The notes beneath the pieces are model-generated. The model had not been told where the DNA came from and did not search any database. It saw nothing but the letters and a program-made list of their open reading frames with translations. A stretch of 64,000 nt of DNA from Tubiluchus corallicola (lineage: Eukaryota; Animalia; Priapulida). The DNA lies in contig JAQGDQ010000175.1 in the NCBI GenBank assembly GCA_030141605.1, positions 381,030 to 445,029 of the forward strand, read 5' to 3'. Numbering within the stretch: position 1 is the stretch's first letter; the number at the start of each line of letters is the position of its first letter. Below are positions 37,930 through 53,035 of this stretch, piece by piece. Position numbers and translations under genes: made by a program.

Positions 37930-39580
37930 CCGTGTCTGATGCTTAAATCCCAATATAATATCACCCCATTTCAAGATGGTAGATAAGATGGCAGCAAACG
38001 TTGCACAAAATGACGGAATTGCTCATTCAAACTAACTTTGGGCATTGAGCTAATCGAAAAGATGGCCGAGAGGATGGCTGTTGCTCGCTCATAAGGGTAT
38101 ATCTATTGGGAATCGTGAACAAAGTCTACAGGTTTTATCAATTAACATGCATGTACTGTCACACGGTAGCAAGGTTATATCTGAATGCTGATATGGCTTC
38201 ACAAATGAATATTGCAGCTACTGTAACAGTATTGTGAAAGTTGTAACTGTATATTTTTAGGTGCTGCCATCTATTGACTAATCACTTTACATTTTCTAGC
38301 TAAACTCACCCCTAGTACAATTGTTCGGTCCAGTGAATATGCATACTCACTGGATCTCCCCCTATTTTACTGTAATGGTACTTGTGAAGCCAAGTTTGCA
38401 TAATTACTTCTACCTATGTATACTGGCTGGATTCTACTTCTAGTCACTCCCTGTCACGCTCTCAGTGCAGTGCAGTGCAGTCGATCTACTTATGTGACTC
38501 TCTGTCACGTTCTCAGTGCAGTGCAGTCGTGCTACACACTGTCTACCTCACACTCTCAGTGCAGTGCAGCAGTTGTGATCCTCATTTTACTCATGTGTAT
38601 TTAGTATAATAAACGTGTTTCAGTTTTTGTGCAGATATGTAATATAGTGTTTATTCGTTTTCTACAAAGTATTCAACTTCAACCTCATACATGACTTTCA
38701 CCAGTATTATATAATGCGTAGGTACATTTCTACACTCTGCTTAATGTTTGGAACAGGCAAATAACTTACGTATAAAGCTTTTCATGAAATTGCGATGCTC
38801 TTGGTTCCGTTTTGTCATCTACTACTGATTTCGACCAGATTTCATTTTTTGACAGGAGCAGGAAAAGATAGTCTGTTCTGTGTGGCACGTGTGGAAGAGG
38901 TAACTCCAATATAATGAAGCCAACTCATGCTTCACGGTGACAGTTGACAAAGCACATAAAGACTTGCCCACAAAGAAAAAGTGTCAATAGATCAATTGAT
39001 GTAATGTTAGAGCATACTGAACAGGTTGTACATCAAGCAAAACTATTGGGATCTGGCACTGAACTGCACTAAACTTTATTATTAGCATTCGACACATGCT
39101 GGAAAAGTTTTACTAAATTGATAAGGAAATCACACAGGATTTTGCATTCTGAATCATCAAAAGAGTGTCAACAACTTATTGCTGCTACCAACAGAAGACA
39201 TTAAGCAGAGCGTATTAATCCTACCTAACACGTATTATAATAATACGGTAGCTGCAATATTCATTCGGGAAACCACCATATCATCATTCAAACATAACCT
39301 TGCTCTGTTGTGACAGTATGTGCATGTTATTTGACAGAACAGGTAGACTTTGCTCACTATTCCTGGAAGATATAGCCCTTAAGTGACAGTAACAGCCATT
39401 TTGTCTGCCGTCTTTTCGATTGGCTCCATACCAAAAAATAATCAACTGGATGGGTTTTAGCATTGTGCAAAATTTTATGCTTTTAAAGCCAAATGACCAA
39501 TTCCGTCATTTTGAGCAAGTCAACTTACCCGCTATCTTCAAATGGGGAAATATTTCAAGGGCATTTAAGCATCGGGTATA
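37930..39580. mobile_element. Old element with ~290-bp diverged inverted repeats (37930-38222 vs 39247-39580)
   Basis: AAAATGACGGAATTG / CAATTCCGTCATTTT; GCAAGGTTAT / ATAACCTTGC; GAATATTGCAGCTAC / GTAGCTGCAATATTC. Confidence 0.65.
38233..38666 (+). mobile_element. Possible solo LTR nested in the above element
   Basis: Begins TGTGAAAG and ends TTTTCTACA, with an internal AATAAA (~38608) followed by GT-rich sequence. Flanks CAGTAT/AAGTAT (5/6 match). Confidence 0.4.
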
Positions 39581-41534
39581 GATCTTTTTGACACAAAAAC
39601 TATTATCCTGTAGGCTCTGCTAGTTAAGACGTAGCCCATGTAAGCTACAAACAGCCATCTCGAAACTTGCGGCCATATTGGGACGAATTTGAGTTGACTC
39701 CATAATCAAACTTAACTACCTCAATGAGCTCAAGCACTGTATAAAGTTTCATACTTCTAAATCGAAATGAGTATTTTCTCACAATCTTTATAGCCTAAAT
39801 GCCATTCATTTTGGTCAAAAGGTAGCCATCACTAGGCCCTTTGCAGTGCTAAAATTTCGGCCTAGTTTTGATATGTTATTCTCTTGACCAAATACTGTAA
39901 GAAAGCATCAAGTATTATATAATGCGTAGGTATATTGCTACACTCAGCTTAATGTCTGGAACAGGCAAATACCTTAGGTATATAGCTTTTCATTAAACTG
40001 CGAATGAAGTTGGTCCTGTTTTGTCTTCTTCTACATCTACAAAACAAAATGCCTCTTACATGACATACAAATAGGTAAAGGAGCGATTTGATTGAAGAAA
40101 GTTTTGCGGAAAGACATGTATTTTAAAAATGGACAAAATCCAGTTCTTTTACAAAGTTTCAAGTGCTTTAAGAGTAAACAAAATTGATAAAGCTCCAGGT
40201 CCATCACATGAATATATGAAAAGTGACTGATGCAATGAGCATGACAAAGACTGTGCAGATGATGGTCAATTACACCAAGCATCAGACATTTTGTGCACCG
40301 TAAAATGAGATTTGCCTGAATTCACTGGAAAATAACAACTGGCTTTTCCAGGAACCATAGCATCTGGCATCATGTTTACTCAAGCATGACATCTGGCTTT
40401 GTTTACTATCACTTGACAATTGACATTGTTTACTAAACATATCAATTTTTTGAGCCACATATCGAAGATTATTGCCTATTTTTGGGCGTTCAGCAATTTT
40501 AGCTCGAAATTAGGTTTTCGTTGATCTAATTTGCTCTAAACAACCGAATAAACAAAAATGGCTGCTGATACTGTAATTTGTGGCTCATAACAAACCTGTT
40601 TGCAATGTTTTATTTTTCTGCCATTTGTTATAGCAGATCTGTCTTCAAAAACTTTTCAATAGAAAAAAGTTTTCTGAAAGGGAGGTAAAGGAAGTAAAAG
40701 CTGCTTAGCTTAAGCTTGGTGCACATTTTGGGAAAGATGTGTGAAAGATGGCTCAAACGTAATTAGTCATGTTCTGAGCACAAGAATGGGTGATGTGAAA
40801 ATAACAAGATGCCGAATTAATAACCAAAATACCAATCATTTTCTGACAAGAATGCAAATCAGGTTAGAATGTTTATCAACAGTCTACAAGTACACAGGTT
40901 TAACCTAATTTTATTCAAGAAATTGCAATACTGTGACTTTAAATAAAGTGTAGTACCACTTTCTATGAATTAAACAATTGCAAGCATGGAATATCACGCT
41001 TTGAAACTTTAGACATTTTTTTTGACATCAGCTCATTTTTGTGCTCAAACAGAAGTAAAATAAGAATGTGAAGCATTTTTCTGACTGCCTAAAATAAAAG
41101 TGAGTTCCTCGCTGGCTGCATCCATCGCTTTCGCAGAAACAAAGAATTGCTTCAATGGCATTTTATTCACATTAGCGCACAGTTAATAACGTATTCACTT
41201 GCTTCACAAAATATTACACAAATGCGCTGAAAACACCGTGAAACGTGCGCACAAGCTCTATATCTATTTTTTATTTACCCGAATTTTACCACAGAAATAA
41301 TATTGAAATCTCACGAAAATTCACATATTCCACATAACAAATTCAGAAAATATTAACACAACAAAAGCATAGTGAAATGCTAACGTTCAAAAAAATTTTC
41401 CAACAAAATCAACTCACAAGATATTTGCACAAAATGTGGTGAGAAACTCACAAAAATGTTGACATTTACAAAAATAATTTTGCAAAACCTGACTTCTGTA
41501 TTACCTGTGCAGATTAAAAACGAAAAGAACAAGA

Positions 41535-41750
41535 CGGTGTTTTATTCACAGCAATTTTTGCGCAGTGTTGAGTTTAGAGCAAGAGAAGCAAGCAGCGCTC
41601 CTTTTGCGGTTAAATACGTTTAAGAAACCACGCCCATCAGTCACTGCCTCTGAATACTCACGCCCACATGTGTTCATTGGTGCATCAACACCAGCAGTTG
41701 ATTGGTCGTATCTTGGCGTAACGTAAGCTTACTGGTTCAGTTAATTTTAC
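41535..41750 (-). promoter_or_regulatory. Promoter-like core, copy 1
   Basis: On the - strand: CCAAT boxes (~41676, ~41701), two GGGCGTG (Sp/KLF-type) boxes, TATTTAA at 41616-41610, and a pyrimidine-rich stretch ~25-30 nt downstream. Confidence 0.55.
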
Positions 41751-42811
41751 CTTAACTTAACAACATGACTGTAAACGTAGAAAAGCTTACTAAAAACACA
41801 CACAAAAATGTAATTTTGGTTTTTGCGAAGAGATGGCAACACAGTGTCTTCTTACCTAGAGTCCCTGTATATTTACTGCGTAGTGCTTAGCGAGGTGATC
41901 TTTAAATCAAAATGAATTTATTTTTTTGCAATAATTGCGATGATGGTGATGATTCATAAAAATATAATTAAATTTTGTCACGTTAGTTTAAATTATTGTC
42001 TTTGCATGAATAAATGAATATTTTTCTTGAATTATGTTACTAAATTGAATTTTACCTTGACTTAAGGTTCTGTCTGTCACCGATTACGATCTGTATACAC
42101 AGAAATGTTTACTAGAAATTCAATCAAATGTAATTTTGGTTTTTGCTAATAGAAAGCAGCACAATAGCCTGTCTAGTTAAAATCCCTATATTTACTACGT
42201 AGTGCTTTTGTAATATTATTATGATGCAGCTGCTGCTGCTGATGATGATGAACGATGATGTTAACACCCTATTAATCTGTATAAAATACAAATAAATTTT
42301 CTCACGTTCGTTTATAATAATTTGTTTTATCTTGTTTCAATGAATAAATTGAAAGAATTTTAAATTTGCTTTCATGATGTTACTAAATAATTTCAAAATT
42401 GTATTGAGATATTCGTATAAAATAAAAGTAGATTTTGAGAAGGTGGATTTAAATACTTTTCTTGCTGAGCCATGTTATTTTGGATTGCGAATGGCCGCTA
42501 TTCAAAGTTCAAATCAATTTAAAATTTCAGTGAATATTTTATATAAAAAATATATAATTATATAGATTAATATCTTGCTTGCTGAGCCACGGGATCTTAT
42601 TTTTTATTTTTTAAAAACCTCAAAAAGTTTCTGCAGTAAATCAATTACGGCATTCAAAATATTGTGGAAAAACAAACAACAAAACTTACAAAACTCTATT
42701 TAAGATTGATAAGCTGGCTTCTTTTACACATTTCGTTTAACAAACTCGAATTTGCGTTTTGGTCACCAAAGTTTAAAAAGCGAAATCACCCTTAAGGTAA
42801 GCAATAAATTG

Positions 42812-42913
<102 letters not shown>

Positions 42914-42974
42914 GCAACACAAACAACAAAAACGTTAAAAAGTAGTTTTTAGGCTCTTGAGTTTAAGTACGTAC

Positions 42975-43162
42975 CAGTTTTATCTGAAGGTCGTTCATTG
43001 CCTTGCCTTTGTCGGCAGCAATAAAATCATAAATCTTGTCAACTGAAATCGGCGAAAGTTAATTCTATATTATTTATGATGCGCCTCGAACATGCTCAGT
43101 GTTCTAATCTAAAATGATAAAAAAGGTTACTGGCCACAGTATCTTCTCAAGGTAAATGTTTT
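42975..43162. repeat. ~180-bp dispersed repeat family (also ~46550-46740, 49540-49710, 53270-53440; diverged inverted pieces ~47950 and ~48525-48630)
   Basis: Shared core GAAGGTCGTTCATTGCCTTGCCTTTGTCGGCA...TATTTATGATGCG...GTTACTGGCCA. Confidence 0.85.
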
Positions 43163-45102
43163 CAAAGCATTAAGCAGAGCATTATTCAAACATAACCTTG
43201 CTATGTTGTGACAGTATGGAAACAGCAATCTGGAAACTTGTGGCCATATTGGACGAATTTGAGTTGACTCCATAATCAAAATTAATTGCGACAATGAGCT
43301 CTAGCACTGTATAAAGTTTCATACTTTTAAATCGAAATGAGTATTTTCTCACAATCTTGATAGCTTAAATGCCATTCATTTTGGTCAAAAAGTAGCCATC
43401 ACTAGGCCCTTTGCAGTGCTCAAATTTCGGCCTAGTTTTGATATGTTATTCTCTGGACCAAATGCTGTAAGAAGGCATCAAGTATTATATAATGCGTAGG
43501 TATACTGCTACACTCTGCTTAATGTCTGGAACAGGCAAATGCCTTAGGTATATAGCTTTTCATTAAACTGTGAATGCAGTTGGTCCTGTTTTGTCTTCTT
43601 CTACATCTATAAAACAAAATGCCTCTTACATGACATACTAATAGGTAAAGGAGCGATTTGATTGAAGAAAGTTTTGCGGAAAGACATGTATTTTAAAAAT
43701 GGACAAAATCCAGTTCTTTTACAAAGTTTCAAGTACTTTAAGAGTAAACAAAGTTGAAAAAGCTCCAGGTCCATCACATGAATATATGAAAAGTGACTGA
43801 TGCAATGAGCATGACAAAGACTGTGCAGATGATGGTCAATTACACCAAGCATCAGACATTTTGTGCACCGTAAAATGAGATTTGCCTGAATTCACTGGAA
43901 AATAACAACTGGCTTTTCCAGGAACCATAGCATCTGGCATCATGTTTACTCAAGCATGACATCTGGCTTTATGTTTACTATCACTTGACAATTGACATTG
44001 TTTACTAAACATATCAATTTTTGAGCCACATATCGAAGATTATTGCCTATTTTTGGGCGTTCAGCAATTTTAGCACGAAATTTGGTTTTCATTGTTCTAA
44101 TTTGCTTTAAACAACTGAATAAACAAACATGGCTGCAGATACTGTAATTTGTGGCTCATAACAAACCTGTTTGCAATGTTTTATTTTTCTGCCATTTGTT
44201 ATGGCAGATCTGTCTTCAAAAACTTTTCAATAGAAAAAAGTTTTCTGAAAGGGAGGTAAAGGAAGTAAAAGCTGCTTAGCTTAAGCTTGGTGCACATTTT
44301 GGGAAAGATGTGTGAAAGATGGCTCAAACGTAATTAGTCATGTTCTGAGCACAAGAATGGCTGATGTGAAAATAACAAGATGCCGAATTAATAACCAAAA
44401 TACCAATCATTTTCTGGCAAGAATGCAAATCAGGTTAGAATGTTTATCAACAGTCTACAAGTACACAGGTTTAACCTAATTTTATTCAAGAAATTGCATT
44501 ACTGTGACTTTAAATAAAGTGTAGTACCACTTTCTATGAATTAAACAATTGCAAGCATGGAATATCACGCTTTGAAACTTTAGACATTTTTTTGACATCA
44601 GCTCATTTTTGTGCTCAAACAGAAGTAAAATAAGAAAGTGAAGCATTTTTCTGACTGCCTAAAATAAAAGTGAGTTCCTCGCTGGCTGCATCCATCGCTT
44701 TCGCAGAAACAAAGAATTGCTTCAATGGCATTTTATTCACATTAGCGCACAGTTAATAACGTATTCACTTGCTTCACAAAATATTACACAAATGCACTGA
44801 AAACACCGTGAAACGTGCGCACAAGCTCTATATCTATTTTTTATTTACCCGAATTTTACCACAGAAATAATATTGAAATCTCACGAAAATTCACATATTC
44901 CACATAAGAAATTCAGAAAATATTAACACAACAAAACATAGTGAAATGCTAACGTTCAAAAAAATTTTCCAACAAAATCAACTCACGAGATATTTGCACA
45001 AAATGTGGTGAGAAACTCACAAAAATGTTGACATTTACAAAAATAATTTTGCAAAACCTGACTACTGTATTATCTGTGCAGATTAAAAACCAAAAGAACA
45101 AG

Positions 45103-45320
45103 ACGGTGTTTTATTCACAGCGATTTTTGCGCAGTGTTGAGTTTAGCGCAAGAGAAGCAAGCAGCGCTCCTTTTGCGGTTAAATACGTTTAAGAAACCAC
45201 GCCCATAAGTCACTGCCTATGAATACTCACGCCCCATGTGTTCATTGGTGCATCAACACCAGCAGTTGATTGGTCGTATCTTGGCGTAACGTAAGCTTAT
45301 TGGTTCAGTTAATTTTACCT
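45103..45320 (-). promoter_or_regulatory. Promoter-like core, copy 2
   Basis: Same motifs; TATTTAA at 45185-45179 and three CCAAT boxes. Confidence 0.55.
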
Positions 45321-46426
45321 TAACTTAACAACATGACTGTAAACGTAGAAAAGCTTACTAAAAATCACACAAAAATGTAATTTTGGTTTTTGCAAAGAGA
45401 TGGCAGCACAGTGTCTTCTTACCTAGAGTCCCTGTATATTTATTGCGTAGTGCTTAGCGAGATGATCTTTAAATCAAAATGAATTTATTTTTTTGCAATA
45501 ATTGCGATGATGGTGATGATTCATCAAAATATAATTAAATTTTGTCACGTTAGCTTAAATTATTGTCTTTGCATGAATAAATGAATATTTTTCTTGAATC
45601 ATGTTACTAAATAATTTCAAAACTGAATTGAGATATTGCATTAGATTAATTTTACCTTGACTTAAGGTTCTGTCTGTCACCAATTACGATCTGTATACAC
45701 AGAAATGTTTACTAGAAATTCAATCAAATGTAATTTTGGTTTTTGCTTATAGAAAGCAGCACAATAGCCTGTCTAGTTAAAATCCCTATATTTACTACGT
45801 AGTGCTTTTGTAATATTTTTATGCTGCAGCTGCTGCTGCTGATGATGATGAACGATGATGTTAACACCCTATTAATCTGTATAAAATACAAATAAATTTT
45901 CTCACGTTCGTTTGTAATAATTTCTTTTATCTTGTTTCAATAAATAAATTAAAAGAATTTTAAATTTGCTTTCATTATGTTACTAAATAATTTCAAAATT
46001 GTATTGAGATATTCGTATAAAATAAAAGTAGATTTTGAGAAAGTGGATTTAAATACTTTTCTTGCTGAGCTATGTTATTTTGGATTAACAAAAATAGAAA
46101 ATAAAATGGCCGCTATTCAAAGTTCAAATCAATTTAAAATTTCAGTGAATATTTTATATAAAAAATATATAATTAGATAGATTAATATCTTGCTTGCTGA
46201 GCCACGGGATCTTATTTTTTATTTTTTAAAAACCTCAAAAAGTGGCTGCAGTAAATCAATTACGGCATTTAAAATATTGTGGAAAAACAAACAACAATGC
46301 CTACAAAACTGTATTTAAGATTGATAAGCTGGCTTCGTTTACACATTTCTTTTAACAAACTCGAATTTGCGTTTTGGTCACCAAAGTTTAAAAAGCGAAA
46401 TTACCCTTAAGGTAAGCGATAAATTG

Positions 46427-46460
<34 letters not shown>

Positions 46461-46739
46461 GAACAAGAACAACAACAACAACAACAACAGCAACACAAAC
46501 AACAAAAACGTTAAAAAGTAGTTTTTAGGCTCTTGAGTTTAAGTACGTACCAGTTTTATCTGAAGGTCGTTCATTGCCTTGCCTTTGTCGGCAGCAATAA
46601 AATCATAAATCTTGTCAACTGAAATCAGGCAAAAGTTGATTCAATATTATTTATGATGCGCCTCGAACATGCTCAGTGTTCTAATCTAAAATAGTAGAAA
46701 AGGTTACTGGCCAAAGTATCTTCTCAAGGTAAATGTTTT

Positions 46740-47104
46740 TCTGATATTTTTGTGTTGATTTATGTTACAGAGTTATGATAAATCAGCAGTATTATATGGT
46801 AGAATTCTTCTGAAAAAACTGAAACAAAGCAAGCTTATTTGTTTACTAAATAACGTGTTCATCCGTCATCTATTTTCCTCTTCAATTCATTATTTTTTAC
46901 CAAGATGTAGTATATCAGGCGCTGTTCCATTCATATTTAATAAGTGACCTTCATTCTGCATGCCGTGTTTCACTAGTTTCAAATATCTTCACGTTCGTGA
47001 AAATGCAGGGACTGGAGTTTAAAATCTTTTAGCGGTTTTACTCTTTGACAAGTGCAAACAGCTATGCTGAATTAAAGTTTTTCACATTGTGAGCTAAAGT
47101 TTCC
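46740..47104 (+). repeat. Arm of second inverted repeat (partner 63636-64000, which continues past the window end)
   Basis: ORFs 46762-46947 (+) and 63793-63978 (-) are identical; about 4 mismatches seen in 365 bp. Confidence 0.95.
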
Positions 47105-48316
47105 CCCGAGGACATTTCTGCAATGCTGGTAACGCCTATAATGCACAAGAGAGATTAGTGTTACATGACAGAGTCTAGACGGAAGATTAATGATGGCATC
47201 GAATTCCATTACCTGGGTTTACTATAACTATTGGTGTAAACGTCTCAAAGAATGCCTTTACGTGAAAGTCTATATAATGTGCGGGTATGCGTGAATGCAT
47301 GCATGGTTTGAGTGTGTGTGTATGCGTGGTTTGAGAGTGTGTGTGTGTGTGTTTTTATGTGAGATGATGTGTGCGTGTATGCGTGTGTGGTGTGTGCACA
47401 TTACATGCGGGTGTATGTGCATGTGTATCAAATAGTCAGCGTACAAGGATTCTACTTTTGGTTAGAGTATTTGAGCAATTTCCTACCTCACACTTTGCTT
47501 TATAAGCAATAAGTTAAAAATATTTATGCTACGCGCAGAACCAATGAAATAACTTATTTGTAAATTTAAAAGTTTCGCCATTCAGTGACCACTAAAATCC
47601 GTAGACAAAATTACTCACTAAGATCAAACTTAAATGTTTGACAAAATGAAAAATACTTTATAATCGTTTAAATGCATAATTACTTGAAATACCACGAGTT
47701 TCAATTGATAATCAATCATAATTTTACATGGCGATTTAAAAGCAGTAGATAAATGAAATTAAACTTAAAAGCAAATTCTGCAATTTAATTACAATAAAAA
47801 TGCGAATCATGTAAAACTATTAGGCTAGTAAACTAAGATAAGATTAACTAAGCTAATGTAATACTCCAAATAGCAAAGTAGCAGCAAAATAAAAAAAAGC
47901 AAATGCCACTTTACAAAACGCTTCCAGAAATATAGATCTACTTTGAGCTGTTTTATTGGCCAGTAACCTTTCCAGCGCTTTGAATTGGAATTCCTTAAGT
48001 TAAGACAGCTGAATGGTCCTGCCTTATTTGAACGTGAATTAACATATTGCGTTTTTCATGCTAAGTTAGGGTACTTGTACGATTAAACATTTGAATATTA
48101 AAATGTTTCCAATTATTGTATGCAAAAAATTAATTTTCCGTTTGTAAATACCAGAATGTAACTTCCAATAAACTGATGATCACAAAGTTAAATTATGATT
48201 TTTTTTATTTTTTATGATAATCCTAATTGTCTTCACAATGCACGTTAAGCCCCGCTAACATGTCCATTCTCATTCTCATAAGAGTTAAGCAGATTTTGCT
48301 GTAACAAAACATTTAT

Positions 48317-48319
<3 letters not shown>

Positions 48320-48412
<93 letters not shown>
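48320..48412. repeat. (AAT)n microsatellite
   Basis: Directly visible. Confidence 0.98.
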
Positions 48413-48413
<1 letters not shown>

Positions 48414-48524
48414 TGTTTGAGTTTAAAGAAGATTTTGCAGTATATATTGCAAAATATTAAAAAATATTATTGACCTTGAGCTGTTATTTTTCGTCAAGAA
48501 TCTCTTACATTTAAATTATGATTC

Positions 48525-50210
48525 TGAACACGAGCATCATCCATTATGTGATGTTTCTGAAGAGATTGCGGCAAAATATTTATGACTTTTTCAACAGAGA
48601 AAAGCCAATGAACAGACTTGAAGTAAAACTATAATGCTAATTTGAAAAGTAAAAGAATCAAAGCTTTTAGTATTTTGCATTATTACTAAGTCTTTTTCCA
48701 TTCCTCCCTGAAATATCGTTACCTCTTTTTTCTCTCTTCTCTTCTCTCAGCTAATTACCAACTTGTGACAATTGTGAACTCAGTTGTTTAGGTTACAAAC
48801 AATTTTTATATCAAGTTTGAAGGATTAAAGAGAAACATTTTTTTTATCATTTTTCTTTTTATAACACTTTTGTCTGAAATTTAATTTTACTACCTGTTGG
48901 AACAAATTTTAGGGTGATAAAACCGACATTAGCGTTAACCTGCACGCAGGTATTAATCTTCACTCCAGACACTGTCATGTAGGATAAAAGTTACGCATGT
49001 ATAGATTAGCCTCCAGCAAAACACTGACATTTCATTTATTGAGCTGTGGGAAGTCGGGAGCATTGAAATTTTATTCTCATTTCCACTCTAGCCACTGTCT
49101 TGTAACATTAGTCTACAATGAAACACAAATCTTTCAGAAATCTCAGACATGTCCTCCAGGTAAATGTCATAAACTTTAGCTCTGAACAAATGTTTAGTGT
49201 GTGAAATAAATCCATGAAAACATTTTAAAATCCAGTCACGATTCCACACTTGGATATATTTAACAAGTTTTTATTCTTTCCACTTAAACTGGCAACTATT
49301 ACTAAAGCGCATTGCTGAAGGCATTCATGATGTATATTTTTGAATGAATGACAACAAAAATTTATGAAACAAAAAAGGAAGAAAACGAAAAGAAAAAGAA
49401 AAGAAAAGAAAAGAAAGAGAAAAAATGAATAAAGAAAGAAACAAAAGCCTGTATTTTAGCTGGAAAAAAGAAATTCTTACCTGTTTCTGAAATGTAGAAA
49501 AAGCCCTGAGCATTTTCAAGATTTTATCATTTTAATAGCTACTAGTTTTATGTGAAGGTGGTTCATTGCCTTGCCTTTGTCGGCAACAATAAAATGTGAA
49601 ATCAGGGAAAGGCGGGTTCTTTGTTATTTATGATGCGTCTCATACGTGTTGAGTGTTGTAATCTGAAGTAGTAGAAAAGGTTACTGTCCAAATTAACATC
49701 TCAAGGTAAACCTCCTTCTGCTACTGCTTGTGTTGATTTATTACTGTTTTTTGAAAAACTGAAATGGCGACGACTAAGACGACTACGATGACTACGACGA
49801 TGATGATGGTGACGATGTTATTATTAATTATTCTGAATTTAAAACTAATGTCAGTGGAATTTATTTTTGATTGGTTTTAAAATATTTAAATCCTTTTTAT
49901 TCAAATTCTGAAAAAATTTGGTCTCACGGGATATGTTTAACACTTGTAAACATATTAACTTTACATGACAATGTTTGATGATGGTACAAACTCCATCATC
50001 TCAGTTATAATTTACTTAACTGCTACCTCAAAATAATTAGTCAGTCAGTCGGTCGGTCGGTCGGTCGGTCGGTCGGTCGGTCAGTCAGTCAGTCAGTCAG
50101 TCAGTCAGTCAGTCAGTCTGTGGGTCATACCATCACTCCACTCAGAGAGCGAGAGAGAGAAAAAGAGGGAGAGAGAGAAAGAGGAGAGAGAGAGAGAGAG
50201 GTGTAAGAGA

Positions 50211-50286
<76 letters not shown>

Positions 50287-51330
50287 GGGGTAAGTCAAAC
50301 TGTCGTGATTTATCAATTTTAATTTGTGCTGTTGGTTTGTTCAAAAACCTCGTAGATTTAATTTATGATTCCGAGGACGTGAATCATCCATTATATGATG
50401 ATACTGCTTAACGAGATTGCACCAATATATTTCGAAATGCCTTGAAGTAAAAACATGAAGTAAAATAGAAAAACTTTTACAATTTTGCTTTATTACTAAC
50501 AATTTCGTGAAATTTTGTTCCCACTTTTTTCTGTCTCTTGTCTCCTCCTGTCATCTATAAACTCAACTCTTTGGGTGGCAAATAATTTGTTTTATCAATT
50601 TTGAATGATTCAAGAAAACCATTTTATTATTTTTCTTATCTTGACGCTTTTGTCTAAAATTTGTTGCTTAATGTGTGTGTTTTGATTAAACTACAATTCA
50701 TTGTGACTGGTCTTGGAAAGTCCCTAAAGTCTGTAAGCAAAAATTTGGTGCCATTAAACTTATTCTGAAAACAGAAAAAAAATCATCGAGCCAATTATTT
50801 TTACAATTTTAGAAGTAGCAATAGCAAAATAATAGAAACAATAGAAACAAAAAAGCAAATATTTTGATAGTCTCAAAAAAACTGTCACTAATGTGTCTAA
50901 ATGCAGCACCTTACTGGCTGCTGGTACAAAATTCAGAGAAACAGTTATTGACATTTGAGGTTCAACCTGCACACAGGTATAAATCTTCAGTCTAGACATT
51001 GTCATGTACGACAAGCGTTATGCATTTAAACATTATCTTCCTGCAATTATTGAGCAGTGGGAACTCAAACGTTGGAATTTATTTTAATTTTCAGTCTAGA
51101 CACTGTCATGTAACATTAGTCTACACACTACAATGAATCATAAGGATCTTTCAGAACATTCAGACATGACCTCAGGAAAAATATCATAATTTTAAGGTGT
51201 TTACTGTGTTAAGGAAATCCATTAAAAGATTTCAAAGTCCAGTCACAATTCATGCTGGGACACATTTCCCAAGCTTTTAATCTTTGCAATTTTATCAGTA
51301 AGTCTTACTGAGCTGAATGTTGAAGACGTT
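48525..51330. repeat. Old diverged direct duplication (~48525-49320 vs ~50375-51330)
   Basis: Collinear shared blocks ATCATCCATTAT, ACCTGCAC.CAGGTAT.AATCTTCA, CACTGTC.TGTAACATTAGTCTACA and TCCAGTCAC. Confidence 0.75.
50036..50283. repeat. (AGTC/GGTC)n followed by (GA)n microsatellites
   Basis: Directly visible. Confidence 0.97.
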
Positions 51331-51474
51331 AAGTTGAGAATAAAAAACTGCATTGCTTTTCATTAATATGATCGCGATATGCTGCACATTTCCAGCTTGA
51401 AATATGTTTGACACCTATTGTCAATCTGAAACTCTAGGTTAGCCAACCACGTGAAATTGAAAATTCGTATTTAT

Positions 51475-51939
51475 CATCAATGGTAAAAAGCATTCTAAAT
51501 GACATAACAGACACTTGGGTAGAAAAAGCTCAATAAGCGAGTAACTCAATGCTTCGCATTCTGAACTAGTTTACTGCAAAACATGCGAGAGTCTGCAGAT
51601 ATAAATAAAAAAGCTGGAACAGGAAATTACATAGATGCAAAAGATGTCTAGAGAGGCACAAAGTTGTAGAATAAAACGTAAAATTTACCCACATTACAAG
51701 TTCAATAACTTGATAATTATTGATATCAGTTGATAATTATTGATGTAAAAATGACGTGATAACAGCGGGCTGTATTTTAGTAATAAGTCAACCTGTAAAA
51801 TTCATGAAAAGACAAGAATTTTTAAACCAAATTGATACCGCTGTACTATGTCTATGCTTCGTGCCACTAATCCCGCTACTAAGTCTTAGCAATTACAAAT
51901 GAAAGTGGTCCTTGGGAAGAAACAACAACAACAAAACAA

Positions 51940-51970
<31 letters not shown>

Positions 51971-52740
51971 CAACTCTATCAACAGTGTCAATGACAATGG
52001 CTATGATGAAGCTGGCTGCTGCAAAAAATTTGAGCGACTATGAAGAGGTCGAAACATAATTAGTCCAAAAGGCAAGCATGATAGTAAAGACGATGATAAT
52101 GATGATACTTGATTGTGCCTCTTTATTTTTCTTACTCCTATACAACGTGTTGTTATGAGCGTCCTTGGTATGTTACAGAGCAGTAACCTTTAGAAATAAC
52201 TTACTCAAGTCACACATTCAGGTTTTACATCGCAAGAGATAAAGAAGTTTGCCTGAGGAAACTTTATTGTTTACTGAACCGACTGCCAGTAATAAATGCA
52301 ATGAAATTTCTTTACAACCTCCAGGAATTTTTTTACCCTGCAGTAAAATATTAACTTGCCTAATAGCTTTCCTAGATTGAATGACAACAAGAAAAATGTC
52401 CCAAAGGAACAAACGAGTAGAATTGTGAAATACTTTTACTGAAAACCTATATTAATACTGGAGTTATTACTAAAATACAGTCGCTGTTATCATTAAATTT
52501 TCATCATTATATAGATATCAATCATTATCGAGTTATTGAAATTGTAATGTTTGTAAATTTTATGTTTTATTTTATTGCTTGCTGCCTCTATAGCAATCTT
52601 TCTGGCTTTTTAATTTAGATCTTCCGGGTCACGAATGTTTTGCAGTAAACTAGTTCAGAATGCGAAGCATTGAGTTTCTCGCATACTGAACTTTTTCTGA
52701 CTGTTATGTCATTTAAATTGTCACTTTACCCATTGATAAA
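51475..52740. mobile_element. Element with ~110-bp terminal inverted repeats (51475-51595 vs 52635-52740)
   Basis: ACTCAATGCTTCGCATTCTGAACTAGTTTACTGCAAAACAT has a perfect reverse complement at ~52636-52676. Confidence 0.7.
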
Positions 52741-52774
52741 GATTGTGTTTTTTATGAATTCATCAAAATAATTT

Positions 52775-53035
52775 AGTCAGTCAGTCAGTCAGTCAGTCAG
52801 TCAGTCAGTCAGTCAGTCAGTCAGTCAGTCAGTCAGTCAGTCAGTCAGTCAGTCAGTCAGTCAGTCAGTCAGTCAGTCAGTCAGTCAGTCAGTCAGTCAG
52901 TCAGTCAGTCAGTCAGTCAGTCAGTCACTCAGTGAATTAGTCAGTCAGTAAGTCAGTCGGTCTGTCAGTCGGTTGGTCGGTCGGCCGATCAGTCAGTCAG
53001 TAAGTCAGTTAAGCAGTTAGTCAGTCAGTCAGTCA
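52775..53035. repeat. (AGTC)n microsatellite
   Basis: Directly visible. Confidence 0.98.
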